This document shows positions 53,947 through 64,000 of a stretch of 64,000 nucleotides of DNA, piece after piece. The notes under the pieces are model-generated. The model was not told the origin of the DNA, did not search any database, and saw only the letters and a program-made list of their open reading frames with translations. Position 1 is the stretch's first letter; every line of letters begins with the position of its first letter. Origin of the DNA: an uncultured delta proteobacterium (lineage in GTDB: Bacteria; Myxococcota; Kuafuiibacteriia; Kuafuiibacteriales; Kuafuiibacteriaceae); contig CAWDML010000009.1 in assembly GCA_963803435.1 (NCBI GenBank), positions 1,728,001 to 1,792,000 on the forward strand. Reading direction: 5' to 3'. The position numbers and the translations under genes were made by a program.

Positions 53947-56331
53947 GTGATGAGGAATCGTGCCCAGCTCCTGGACTTCGTGGTGCGACCGCTCCGGTTC
54001 GCCCGCGGGCGCGACTTCGAGAACCTTCGCGCCCTGCGCGATCTGGAGAGGTCCCTCGCGCGGGCCACCGAGAAGGCGCAAGCCGAGTCGGACGACCCCG
54101 TGTTCGGCCGCATCGCGGCGCTCGCCATCGGGATCGACGCGCTCCCGTTCGAGGCCCGAAGGACGCGCGTCGAGGAGATCCTGCAGCTGGCCGACGCCGC
54201 GCCTCCTGCGCCGGCGCGGGCGACCCCGGTGGTGCGCGGGCGGGTCGCCATGGCCAAAGCCACCCCCGCGACCCTCCTGGCGCAGGTGGTCGGCGTGGGG
54301 CCGAAGACCGCCGAGCGCTACGCGGACAAGGGGATGGTCACCGTCGAGGACGCCCTCCTCTTCCTCCCGCGACGCTTCGAGGATCGATCGACGATCCGGC
54401 TGATCTCGGACCTGCGCGACGGCGAGACGGCCACGGTCCGCGGCAACGTCCTTTCGCTCACCGTCCGGCCCACCGGCCGCGGCAAGCGCGTGTTCGAGCT
54501 GGTCGTCGCCGACGGCACCGGCAGGCTCTCCTGCAAGTGGTTCCGCTTCAAGCAGTCCGCCATGGAGAGCAAGCACCGCCGCGGGCAGCAGGTGATGGTC
54601 TCCGGCAAGGTCAGCTTCTGGGGCCTGTCGTGTCAGATGGTGCATCCCGACGTCGAGGTGCTCGACGACAACGCCGAGGCCGAGGCGCCCGGCGTCCTGC
54701 CCGTCTACGGCGAGATCGCGGGCGTGGCGCCGAAGAAGGTGCGATCGATCCAGCAGGGGCTGGCGCGGGCGGCGGCGCCCGCGCTCGAGGAGTACCTCCC
54801 CGAGGAGATGCGGGCGCGGCTCTTGCTGCGCGATCTGACGACCGCCGTCGCGCGGATGCACCTGCCCGAGGAGGACACCTACGAGCGCGACCGGGTGGAG
54901 GTGCACCGGCGGCTGGCCTTCGACGAGCTGTTCTTTCTGCAAGTCGCGTTGACCCGCTCCCGCGGCGCCCGGGAGGCGGAGCCGGGCATCGCGCACCCCC
55001 TCGAGGGCCCCTGGCGGGCGCTGGCGGAGCGGCTGTTTCCCTTCGCGATGACCGCGGCCCAGACGCGCGTCATCGACGAGATCGTGGGCGAGATGAGCTC
55101 GCCGCACCCGATGAACCGGCTGCTCCAGGGCGACGTGGGATCGGGCAAGACGGCGGTGGCGATGCTGGCCGCTGCAATCGTTCGCCGGGGCAAGCGGCAG
55201 TCCGCGCTGCTGGCGCCGACCGAGATCCTCGCGGAGCAGCACCAGCACACCGCCCAGAGGTTCCTCGAGCCGAACAATGTCCGCTGTGCCCTGCTCACCG
55301 GCTCCACGCGCGCCGCGCTGCGACGCGAGATCCTGGGCGGGGTGAAGAACGGGACGATCGACCTCCTGATCGGCACCCACGCGATCCTCGAGCCCGAGGT
55401 CGAGTTCGCCGAGCTCGGCCTGGTGGTGGTGGACGAGCAGCACCGGTTCGGTGTGGAGCAACGCGGTGTGCTGCGGGCCAAGGCGCACGATCGCACGCCC
55501 GACGTGCTGGTCATGACCGCGACCCCGATCCCCCGCACCCTGGCGCTGACGGTCTACGGCGATCTCCGCGTGTCCGTGCTGGACGAGCTCCCGCCCGGCC
55601 GCACGCCCACCGAAACGCGGCTGTTCAAGAAGAGCGAGCGTCCGAAGGCCTGGGATCTGATCGCAGGACAGCTTGCGGAGGGACGCCAGGCCTACGTGGT
55701 CTACCCGCTGGTGGAGGTCTCCGAGACGCTGGACCTGGAGGCGGCCACCGAGGCGGTCGAGGAGCTGGCCGCACGCTTCGCCCCCCGGCGGGTGGCGCTG
55801 CTCCACGGACGCATGCGCGCCGACGACAAGCAGGAGACGATGCGCGGCTTCGTGGCCGGCGAGGTCTCCGTGCTGGTCTCGACCACGGTCGTCGAGGTGG
55901 GCGTCGACGTGGCCAACGCCACCGTGATGGCCGTGGTGAACGCAGAGCGGTTCGGGCTCTCGCAGCTCCACCAGCTGCGGGGCCGCGTCGGCCGAGGGGC
56001 GCACCGCGGGCTCTGCCTCTTGATCTCGGGGAGCGGCGACCAGGAGGCCCGGGCCCGCCTCGCCGTGCTCGCCTCCACGACCGACGGCTTCGTCGTGGCC
56101 GAGAAGGATCTCGAGCTCCGCGGCCCGGGCGAGGTCCTCGGCACCCGCCAGCACGGCCTCCCCGAGCTGGTCGTCGCGGACCTGGTGCGCGACGCGCGGA
56201 TCCTGGAGGCGGCCCGCGCGGAGGCCGAGCGGATCCTCGGCGCCGACCCCGACCTCCTCCGACACGCGCGCCTCGCCGAGGAGCTCGAGCGCCGCTACGG
56301 CGGTCGGTTCGGTCTGGCGCAGATCGGCTGA
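53947..56331 (+). CDS. recG: ATP-dependent DNA helicase RecG
   Basis: RLAFDELF, MNRLLQGDVGSGKT, DEQHRFGV, MTATPIPRTL, LHQLRGRVGRG. Confidence 0.98.
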   Translation: MMRNRAQLLDFVVRPLRFARGRDFENLRALRDLERSLARATEKAQAESDDPVFGRIAALAIGIDALPFEARRTRVEEILQLADAAPPAPARATPVVRGRVAMAKATPATLLAQVVGVGPKTAERYADKGMVTVEDALLFLPRRFEDRSTIRLISDLRDGETATVRGNVLSLTVRPTGRGKRVFELVVADGTGRLSCKWFRFKQSAMESKHRRGQQVMVSGKVSFWGLSCQMVHPDVEVLDDNAEAEAPGVLPVYGEIAGVAPKKVRSIQQGLARAAAPALEEYLPEEMRARLLLRDLTTAVARMHLPEEDTYERDRVEVHRRLAFDELFFLQVALTRSRGAREAEPGIAHPLEGPWRALAERLFPFAMTAAQTRVIDEIVGEMSSPHPMNRLLQGDVGSGKTAVAMLAAAIVRRGKRQSALLAPTEILAEQHQHTAQRFLEPNNVRCALLTGSTRAALRREILGGVKNGTIDLLIGTHAILEPEVEFAELGLVVVDEQHRFGVEQRGVLRAKAHDRTPDVLVMTATPIPRTLALTVYGDLRVSVLDELPPGRTPTETRLFKKSERPKAWDLIAGQLAEGRQAYVVYPLVEVSETLDLEAATEAVEELAARFAPRRVALLHGRMRADDKQETMRGFVAGEVSVLVSTTVVEVGVDVANATVMAVVNAERFGLSQLHQLRGRVGRGAHRGLCLLISGSGDQEARARLAVLASTTDGFVVAEKDLELRGPGEVLGTRQHGLPELVVADLVRDARILEAARAEAERILGADPDLLRHARLAEELERRYGGRFGLAQIG

Positions 56332-56350
56332 AGACCGTACGCTCCACGCG

Positions 56351-56911
56351 ATGCGTACGTGCCCGGTGTGCCGCCAGCCGGCATTCGACGGCGGCCGCTG
56401 CGCCGCCTGCGGCCATGAGGACGTCCCGATCTTGGAGCTCGACCTCGACGCAATCGTCGACGAGCCCGAGCCCCTCTCCCTCGACGCCCTCACCCCCCTC
56501 GAGCCCGAGCCCCAGCGCGGCGCCCTCACCCCGCTCCCGCTCGACGCCCTCGTCGAGGTCGAGGAGATCGAGCTCGAGGACGCCCGCGCCAACGACGACC
56601 CCATCCCCCTCATCGAGGGCTTCGAGGCCACCGACATCGAGCCCCGCGCCCCGCGCAGCAAGAAGGGGCAGACGGCGCGCGCGAAGGAGACTACCCCGTT
56701 CGTGCATTCGGTCTGTCCCCAGTGCCAGGCCCCGGTGGCCCAGCCGAACCCGCCCTTCTGCGAGGCCTGCGGCTGCAAGCTGGTGTCGAAGCGCCGCGCG
56801 GTGGAGCCCGCCGTGGAGGACGCCAAGCACTGCGGCGAGTGTGGGACGAGGAACGGGCCGGACCGGAGCACGTGCCGCAACTGCGGGGCACGGCTGAAGT
56901 CGGCAGACTAG
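56351..56911 (+). CDS. Triple zinc-ribbon protein with acidic linker
   Basis: CPVC/CAAC, CPQC/CEAC and CGEC/CRNC pairs. Confidence 0.75.
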   Translation: MRTCPVCRQPAFDGGRCAACGHEDVPILELDLDAIVDEPEPLSLDALTPLEPEPQRGALTPLPLDALVEVEEIELEDARANDDPIPLIEGFEATDIEPRAPRSKKGQTARAKETTPFVHSVCPQCQAPVAQPNPPFCEACGCKLVSKRRAVEPAVEDAKHCGECGTRNGPDRSTCRNCGARLKSAD

Positions 56912-57033
56912 GCTCGGTCGTGGGGGGCGGATCAGGATCCGTGATCCGTGGAACACTTCACGAAGACCGCGCGATCCGTGCACCGCGCTCCGCGTTTCGT
57001 GTCCGTGTGGAGTAACCGTGCGTGCGCGGAGCC

Positions 57034-57516
57034 TCAGTGAAAGTCGACGCCCAGGATCTCGTACTCGTGGTCGCCCTTCTTCGGCAGCTTGAGCGTGATG
57101 ATCTCCCCCGATCGCTGCCCGATCAACGCCCGGGCGAGGGGCGCCTTGACCGAGATCTTGCCGACCTTCAGGTCCGCCTCGTCGTCGCCGACGATCTGAT
57201 ACGTGACCTCGTCATCCGTCGCGCAGTCGAGCAGCTTCACGGTGGCGCCGAAGACCACCTTGTCGCCGGACAGGGTCTTCGGGTCGATCACCTCGGCCAG
57301 CGCGATCTTGGACTCGAGCTCCTTGATGCGTCCCTCGATGAACGACTGCTTCTCCTTGGCGGCGTGGTACTCGGCGTTCTCGGAGAGGTCGCCGTGGGCG
57401 CGGGCCTCCTCGATGGCTTTCGAGTTCTCCGGCCGTTCTACCGATTTCAGCCGCTTCAGCTCCTCCTTGAGGAGCTGGTAGCCGACGGCGGTCATCGGTT
57501 CTCGATCGGAAGCCAT
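57034..57516 (-). CDS. greA: Transcription elongation factor GreA
   Basis: [33 protein letters not shown]. Confidence 0.97.
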   Translation of the reverse strand: MASDREPMTAVGYQLLKEELKRLKSVERPENSKAIEEARAHGDLSENAEYHAAKEKQSFIEGRIKELESKIALAEVIDPKTLSGDKVVFGATVKLLDCATDDEVTYQIVGDDEADLKVGKISVKAPLARALIGQRSGEIITLKLPKKGDHEYEILGVDFH

Positions 57517-57525
57517 GCGGAAAGT

Positions 57526-59601
<2,076 letters not shown>

Positions 59602-59685
59602 TCGCTGGGTGCCGGATATCCCGGCTCGGCATCGAATGGTCAAGCCAAAGTAGCGCGATCAGCGGCGCTCGTTTAGCCTCGCGGG

Positions 59686-60264
59686 ATGCGGCGGCGGGTG
59701 TGGTTCGCAGCGGCGGCGCTCCTCCAAGGATGTCCGGAGCGTCCCCTCGCCGGCGCCGAGGCGCTCGAGCAGAAGGGTGAGCTGGCGGCCGCCGCGCAGC
59801 AGTACGTGCGGATCGCCAAGGCCGATCCCGCCAATCTGGCGGCCTGGGATCGCGCGATCCAGATCCAGTGCCGCACGCGGATCGATGTCGGCGCGTGCAT
59901 GGGTGTGCTCGAGCTCGAGCTCGATCTGATCGGATCGCTCGAGCGTCACCGCGACGCGCTGGCGGAGGTCCTGGAGCGCCGGGCCCGGGCCCGCCTCGAC
60001 CAGGGGATGGCGGAGGCCGCGCTCGAGGACCTGACCCGGGCCCAGCGCGCCGCCCCCCTCCGCGCCAGCGTCCAGGTCGCCCAGGCGAAGGCGCTGGCGA
60101 GCCTGGGCCGGGCTGCGGAGGCGCGCAGGGTGCTTCTCGCCGCCCGACAGCTCGATCCCGGCAACGCGGAGGCCAACGCCCTGTTCGCGGATCTCCCTGC
60201 CGACCCCGAGGAAGAGTTCGGGGGCGGCAACGCCGCGCTTGATCCTCCCGCGACGCATCGCTAA
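59686..60264 (+). CDS. TPR lipoprotein
   Basis: LQGC lipobox; helical repeats ending QLDPGNAEA. Confidence 0.65.
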   Translation: MRRRVWFAAAALLQGCPERPLAGAEALEQKGELAAAAQQYVRIAKADPANLAAWDRAIQIQCRTRIDVGACMGVLELELDLIGSLERHRDALAEVLERRARARLDQGMAEAALEDLTRAQRAAPLRASVQVAQAKALASLGRAAEARRVLLAARQLDPGNAEANALFADLPADPEEEFGGGNAALDPPATHR

Positions 60265-60273
60265 CTGAGCCCC

Positions 60274-61044
60274 ATGGCTCGAAAGAAGTCTGCCCCCAAG
60301 AAAGCGGCGAAGAAGGCCGCCCAGAAGAAGGCCGCCCAGAAGAAGGCGACCAAGAAGACCGCCCAGAAGAAGGCGACCAAGAAGACCGCCAAGAAGAAGG
60401 CGACCAAGAAGAGCGCCAAGAAGAAGGCGGCCAAGAAGAGCGCCGCCAAGAAGAGCGCCGCCAAGAAGAGCGCCGCCAAGAAGAGCGCCGCCAAGAAGAC
60501 GGCGAAGAAGAGCCCCGCCCAGAAGAAGACCGCGAAGAAGGCCGCCCCGAAGCCCGCCGCCAGCAGCCTGCCGGCCGCCGCGTCGCCGAAGCCCGGCACG
60601 CGCGCGCCGAACTTCGTCCTGCCGGCCGACGATGGGAGCGAGGTCTCGCTGTCGTCGCTCCAGGGCAAGAAGGTCGTCCTCTACTTCTATCCGAAGGACG
60701 ACACGCCCGGATGCACCACCGAGGCCTGCGGCTTCCGCGATCTCCACCAGGAGTTCGAGAAGCGGGGCGCCGTGGTCCTGGGCGTCAGCAAGGACTCGGT
60801 CAAGAAGCACGACAGCTTCAAGAAGAAGTACGACCTCCCCTTCAAGCTCCTCTCCGACGAGAGCGCCGAGGTGATCTCGGCCTACGGGAGCTGGGGCCAG
60901 AAGAAGTTCATGGGCCGCACCTTCGACGGGATCCTGCGGACCACCGTGCTGATCGATCCGGAGGGCAAGATCGCGAAGGTCTACCCGAAGGTCGCGGTCG
61001 CCGAGCACCCGGACGAGGTGCTCAAAGACCTCGAAGCGATGTGA
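60274..61044 (+). CDS. bcp: BCP/PrxQ peroxiredoxin with N-terminal histone-H1-like Lys/Ala-rich tail
   Basis: ~95 aa of KKAA/KKSAA repeats, then VVLYFYPKDDTPGCTTEACGFRD. Confidence 0.92.
   Translation: MARKKSAPKKAAKKAAQKKAAQKKATKKTAQKKATKKTAKKKATKKSAKKKAAKKSAAKKSAAKKSAAKKSAAKKTAKKSPAQKKTAKKAAPKPAASSLPAAASPKPGTRAPNFVLPADDGSEVSLSSLQGKKVVLYFYPKDDTPGCTTEACGFRDLHQEFEKRGAVVLGVSKDSVKKHDSFKKKYDLPFKLLSDESAEVISAYGSWGQKKFMGRTFDGILRTTVLIDPEGKIAKVYPKVAVAEHPDEVLKDLEAM
60433..60492 (+). repeat. Perfect 15-bp tandem repeat x4 (AAGAAGAGCGCCGCC = KKSAA) within a larger degenerate array
   Basis: Units start at 60433, 60448, 60463 and 60478. Confidence 0.9.
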
Positions 61045-61883
61045 TGGCCGAGCCGGGCAAGCTCTTCATCGCCGGCATGCGCGTGGTGCCGAAGAAGCCG
61101 CTGTCGAAGGCCGTCCGGCGCCTGGCGGCGGTGCGATCGAAGATGGCGGTCCGGCGCTTCGCGGCCCGCTATCAGGTCGCGATCGAGGACGCCGAGAAGC
61201 CCCTCGACGACTACGAGTCGATCCTGGCGTTCTTCACCCGGCGCCTCAAGCCGGGCCTCCGTCCCGTGGATCCGGATCCGTCCGTCCTGGTCTCGCCCGT
61301 CGACGGCGCGTTCCTGGCGGGCGGTCCGGTCGGCGCCGGCCGCCTCTATCAGGCCAAGGGTCGCGACTTCACGCTCAACGCCCTCCTCGCCGACGACACC
61401 GCCGAGAAGCGCTTCGAGGGCGGCACCTACGCGACGCTCTACCTGGCACCAAAGGACTATCACCGGATCCACACGCCCGCCGCCGGCCGCATCAGCGGCT
61501 ACACGTACGTGCCCGGCCAGCTCTTCCCGGTGAACGCCGCCGCCGTGGCCCACGTCGACGCCCTCTTCGCGAAGAACGAGCGGCTCATCACCCACCTGGA
61601 GACCGAGGCGTTCGGACGCGTCGAGGTGGTGAAGGTCGGCGCCACCTGCGTCGGCCACATCACCGTCCCGTACGATCCGAGCGTCGCCACCAACGTGGGC
61701 GGCTTCGAGCTCCGCACCCAGCGCTACGATCCGCCGCTGCCGATCGAGAAGGGCGCCGAGGTCGGCGTGTTCGAGATGGGCTCGACCGTCATCGTGGTGA
61801 CGGAGAAGCCTGTGGAGTTGGTCGGGCGGGAAGCGGGCGCGCCCGTGGTCATGGGGCGCGCCCTCGGCCGCGTGCGAAGCTGA
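61044..61883 (+). CDS. psd: Phosphatidylserine decarboxylase proenzyme
   Basis: FFTRRLKPGLRP, SPVDG, YLAPKDYHRIH, NER, VGATCVG, and self-cleavage motif FEMGSTVI. Confidence 0.93.
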   Translation: MAEPGKLFIAGMRVVPKKPLSKAVRRLAAVRSKMAVRRFAARYQVAIEDAEKPLDDYESILAFFTRRLKPGLRPVDPDPSVLVSPVDGAFLAGGPVGAGRLYQAKGRDFTLNALLADDTAEKRFEGGTYATLYLAPKDYHRIHTPAAGRISGYTYVPGQLFPVNAAAVAHVDALFAKNERLITHLETEAFGRVEVVKVGATCVGHITVPYDPSVATNVGGFELRTQRYDPPLPIEKGAEVGVFEMGSTVIVVTEKPVELVGREAGAPVVMGRALGRVRS

Positions 61884-61887
61884 ACGC

Positions 61888-62982
61888 CTACTGGCAGTGG
61901 CCGGTGCCCACGTCGCAGGTGCCGGGCGCGCAGTCCGGATCCTGCGTGCAGCGCGGGAAGCACAGCGCCACGCCCAGATCCTCGCAGATGAGGTCCGGGT
62001 TGACGCCCGAGCACATCGTATCGCCGGCCGTCCCGAGCGTGCACTCGAGCGCGCAGATCGGGGAGAGCTGGCCGTCGACGAACACGCAGAGCCCGTTGGC
62101 CTCCGGGCACACGAACGAGACACCGCACGCCTCGCTGCACTGCCCGCCCAGCTCCGCCGAGCAGGCGCCGCCCTGACACATGGTCGGATCGGTGCAGGCC
62201 GTCCCGATGTCGGTGATCGGACGGGTGCAGATGCCGCGGGTCGTCGTGGGGGCAAAGGGCATGCACTGGCTCTGCGCATCGAGCGCCGTGCAGAGCGCGC
62301 CGTTCGCGGTGTCGCACAGCCGAACACAGGTACCCGTAATGTCGAGCGGGTCGCTCCCGTGGCAGATGAAGTTCTGGGCGCCGTTGCAGCTGTCCGCGGT
62401 GGGCGCCATCGTCGGATCGGTCCCGGCCCACTGCGTGGTGCACGCCTCACCCTGGGTGCCGCCGCCCATGTCCGGGATACACACACCAGGCGTCGGCGAC
62501 ATGCCGCCCGCGTTCGCGCACGCCTCGGCAGGTCGCGCGCAACCGGACTGGTCGACGCCGACGAACGAGTCGCAGCCCTGCCAGCACTGGCAGGTGTTCG
62601 CGCCCGTGCACTGGACCAGCGAGCCGCTGGTGTTGTCGAAGTCCAGACAGAACTGGGTCCCCGCGCCCGCGCAGTCCGTGTTCACGGCGCACTCGGCCAT
62701 CTGCATGCCACCGTCGGGCGGCACGCCGGAGTCGTTGTTGTTGCCGGCGTCGTTGTTGTTGTTGCCGGCGTCGTTGCCGTTGTTGCCCGCGTCGTTCTCG
62801 TTCATCCCCGAGTCGAGCGGAGGATTGCCGCTGTCCTCGACGCCGGTGTCGCCGGTGCCCGCATCCTTCGGCTTGATGATCCCGCCATCGTTACGGCGTT
62901 CCTTACTGCAACCGACGGACGTCACGACGCCGAACGCCAGGAGCGCCGTGAGCGAGAGCTTGGTAGAGGTGGAGCTGAGCAT
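61888..62982 (-). CDS. Cys-rich lipoprotein with low-complexity (NDAGNN) linker
   Basis: SVGC lipobox; DAG/Asn repeats; numerous Cys-rich modules. Confidence 0.7.
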   Translation of the reverse strand: MLSSTSTKLSLTALLAFGVVTSVGCSKERRNDGGIIKPKDAGTGDTGVEDSGNPPLDSGMNENDAGNNGNDAGNNNNDAGNNNDSGVPPDGGMQMAECAVNTDCAGAGTQFCLDFDNTSGSLVQCTGANTCQCWQGCDSFVGVDQSGCARPAEACANAGGMSPTPGVCIPDMGGGTQGEACTTQWAGTDPTMAPTADSCNGAQNFICHGSDPLDITGTCVRLCDTANGALCTALDAQSQCMPFAPTTTRGICTRPITDIGTACTDPTMCQGGACSAELGGQCSEACGVSFVCPEANGLCVFVDGQLSPICALECTLGTAGDTMCSGVNPDLICEDLGVALCFPRCTQDPDCAPGTCDVGTGHCQ

Positions 62983-63051
62983 CGGCCTACCCGATACCTG
63001 GATTGGCTCCGAGGTGTGGTCGGACGATCGGCGGACTGTGGCGCCGAAACC

Positions 63052-63999
63052 TCAGAAGTTGTAGCCGAGCGACGCGTTGATGAACATGTTCCCGGCGCCC
63101 GAGCCGCTGGCGCCCGAGAGGGCCTCGGGACCGCGGAGGAACCAGAACGGGTCGATCTGCATGTCCAGGAAGAAGCCCTCGTAGTGCGCCGCAAACCCGA
63201 GGAAGTAGTCGAAGAACGGCTCATCGCGGGTGACGTCGTTGAGCCGGTTGTTGTCGGCCGAGTTGTCGTCGATGTTGTCCTGGGTGACCTTGTCGGCCCG
63301 GATGTACTTCACGACGCCGCCGCGGAAATCCAGCCAGGAGAAGACCCGAGCCTCCAACGCCAGCCGGATGTACGGCGTCGCGTTGGAGGAGACCGAGTTC
63401 CGGGCAAACTCGAGCTGCTGATCCCGCACCAGCCCCGCGTCGGGCGCGTCGGCGATGTTGTTCTCGTACTGCTCGTACTGGTTCACCCACTGCAGGCCGA
63501 CGGCGGCCCAGAAGTTGATCCACTCCGTGGGCTTGAAGTGGCCGGCGATGCCCACGTCGAGCACGAAGGCCTGGAACGCGACGTCAGTGATGAAGTAGCG
63601 CTCGCGGCCCACGTCGTCGTTGTACGTGAGCCCGGTGGCGTAGTTCGCCAGGTCGGCCGCGCTCAGGTGGAGGAAGCGGAGCGAGAAAACGGGCACCAGC
63701 TCCCACCACTCGGTCAGCCCGATCATCGAGCGGGCGTCAAACGAGAGCTGGTAGCCGCCGCCGCCCTCGAGGAGGTCGCGGTCGTTGGGGAAGTAGGTGA
63801 GGTGGTAGAGCTTGAACCCGACCGCCGCGTCCAGCGCGAACGACTCGGAGGGCGTCAGCCCCGCCGACGCCAGCAGCCCCCACTCGGTGGTCTTGATCTC
63901 GTCGATCTTGCGGGCCTCGACGCCGCCGCTCAGGTCCGCCGGGACCTGCGGATCGTTGTCGTTCGGGTGGCGGATGTACTTCGACGAGCCGAACTCGAA
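63052..63999 (-). CDS. Outer-membrane beta-barrel protein, 5' end beyond window edge
   Basis: Frame open to the window edge; amphipathic strands; C-terminal ASLGYNF Bam signal. Confidence 0.7.
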   Translation of the reverse strand, partial: FEFGSSKYIRHPNDNDPQVPADLSGGVEARKIDEIKTTEWGLLASAGLTPSESFALDAAVGFKLYHLTYFPNDRDLLEGGGGYQLSFDARSMIGLTEWWELVPVFSLRFLHLSAADLANYATGLTYNDDVGRERYFITDVAFQAFVLDVGIAGHFKPTEWINFWAAVGLQWVNQYEQYENNIADAPDAGLVRDQQLEFARNSVSSNATPYIRLALEARVFSWLDFRGGVVKYIRADKVTQDNIDDNSADNNRLNDVTRDEPFFDYFLGFAAHYEGFFLDMQIDPFWFLRGPEALSGASGSGAGNMFINASLGYNF

Positions 64000-64000
64000 G

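Overview
High-GC window with gene content typical of Myxococcota (lineage inferred from gene families). Positions ~1.3-41 kb are a dense cell-envelope island with about 16 predicted lipoproteins. Its core is a divergent pair of operons. Leftwards: an MtsC-like thrombospondin type-3 repeat/MYXO-CTERM protein, two vWA (MIDAS) lipoproteins and a PPC-like lipoprotein. Rightwards: a Glt/Nfs-paralogous trans-envelope module (GltF-, GltG-, two GltA/B-, GltC- and GltD(+E)-like proteins), with no AglRQS-type motor in the window. Around this core are FG-GAP lipoproteins, a DUF1592/DUF1552 pair, a third vWA paralogue with a degenerate MIDAS coupled to an ABC exporter, beta-propeller lipoproteins, an FHA-sigma54 activator and a GldA/GldFG/DUF4340 ABC system. 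Positions ~47-64 kb are mostly housekeeping: eno, SDR, glpX, thioesterase, hom, extended PIMT, recG, greA, hppA, a histone-H1-like/BCP fusion and psd. Non-coding signals include a sigma54-like promoter with paired palindromes, a UUCG terminator, and nine TANNNT boxes 6-7 nt before start codons (likely leaderless mRNAs). Four single-base frameshifts are probably assembly errors. No RNA genes, CRISPR arrays or mobile elements were recognised. All family calls come from motif recognition by eye, not database searches.
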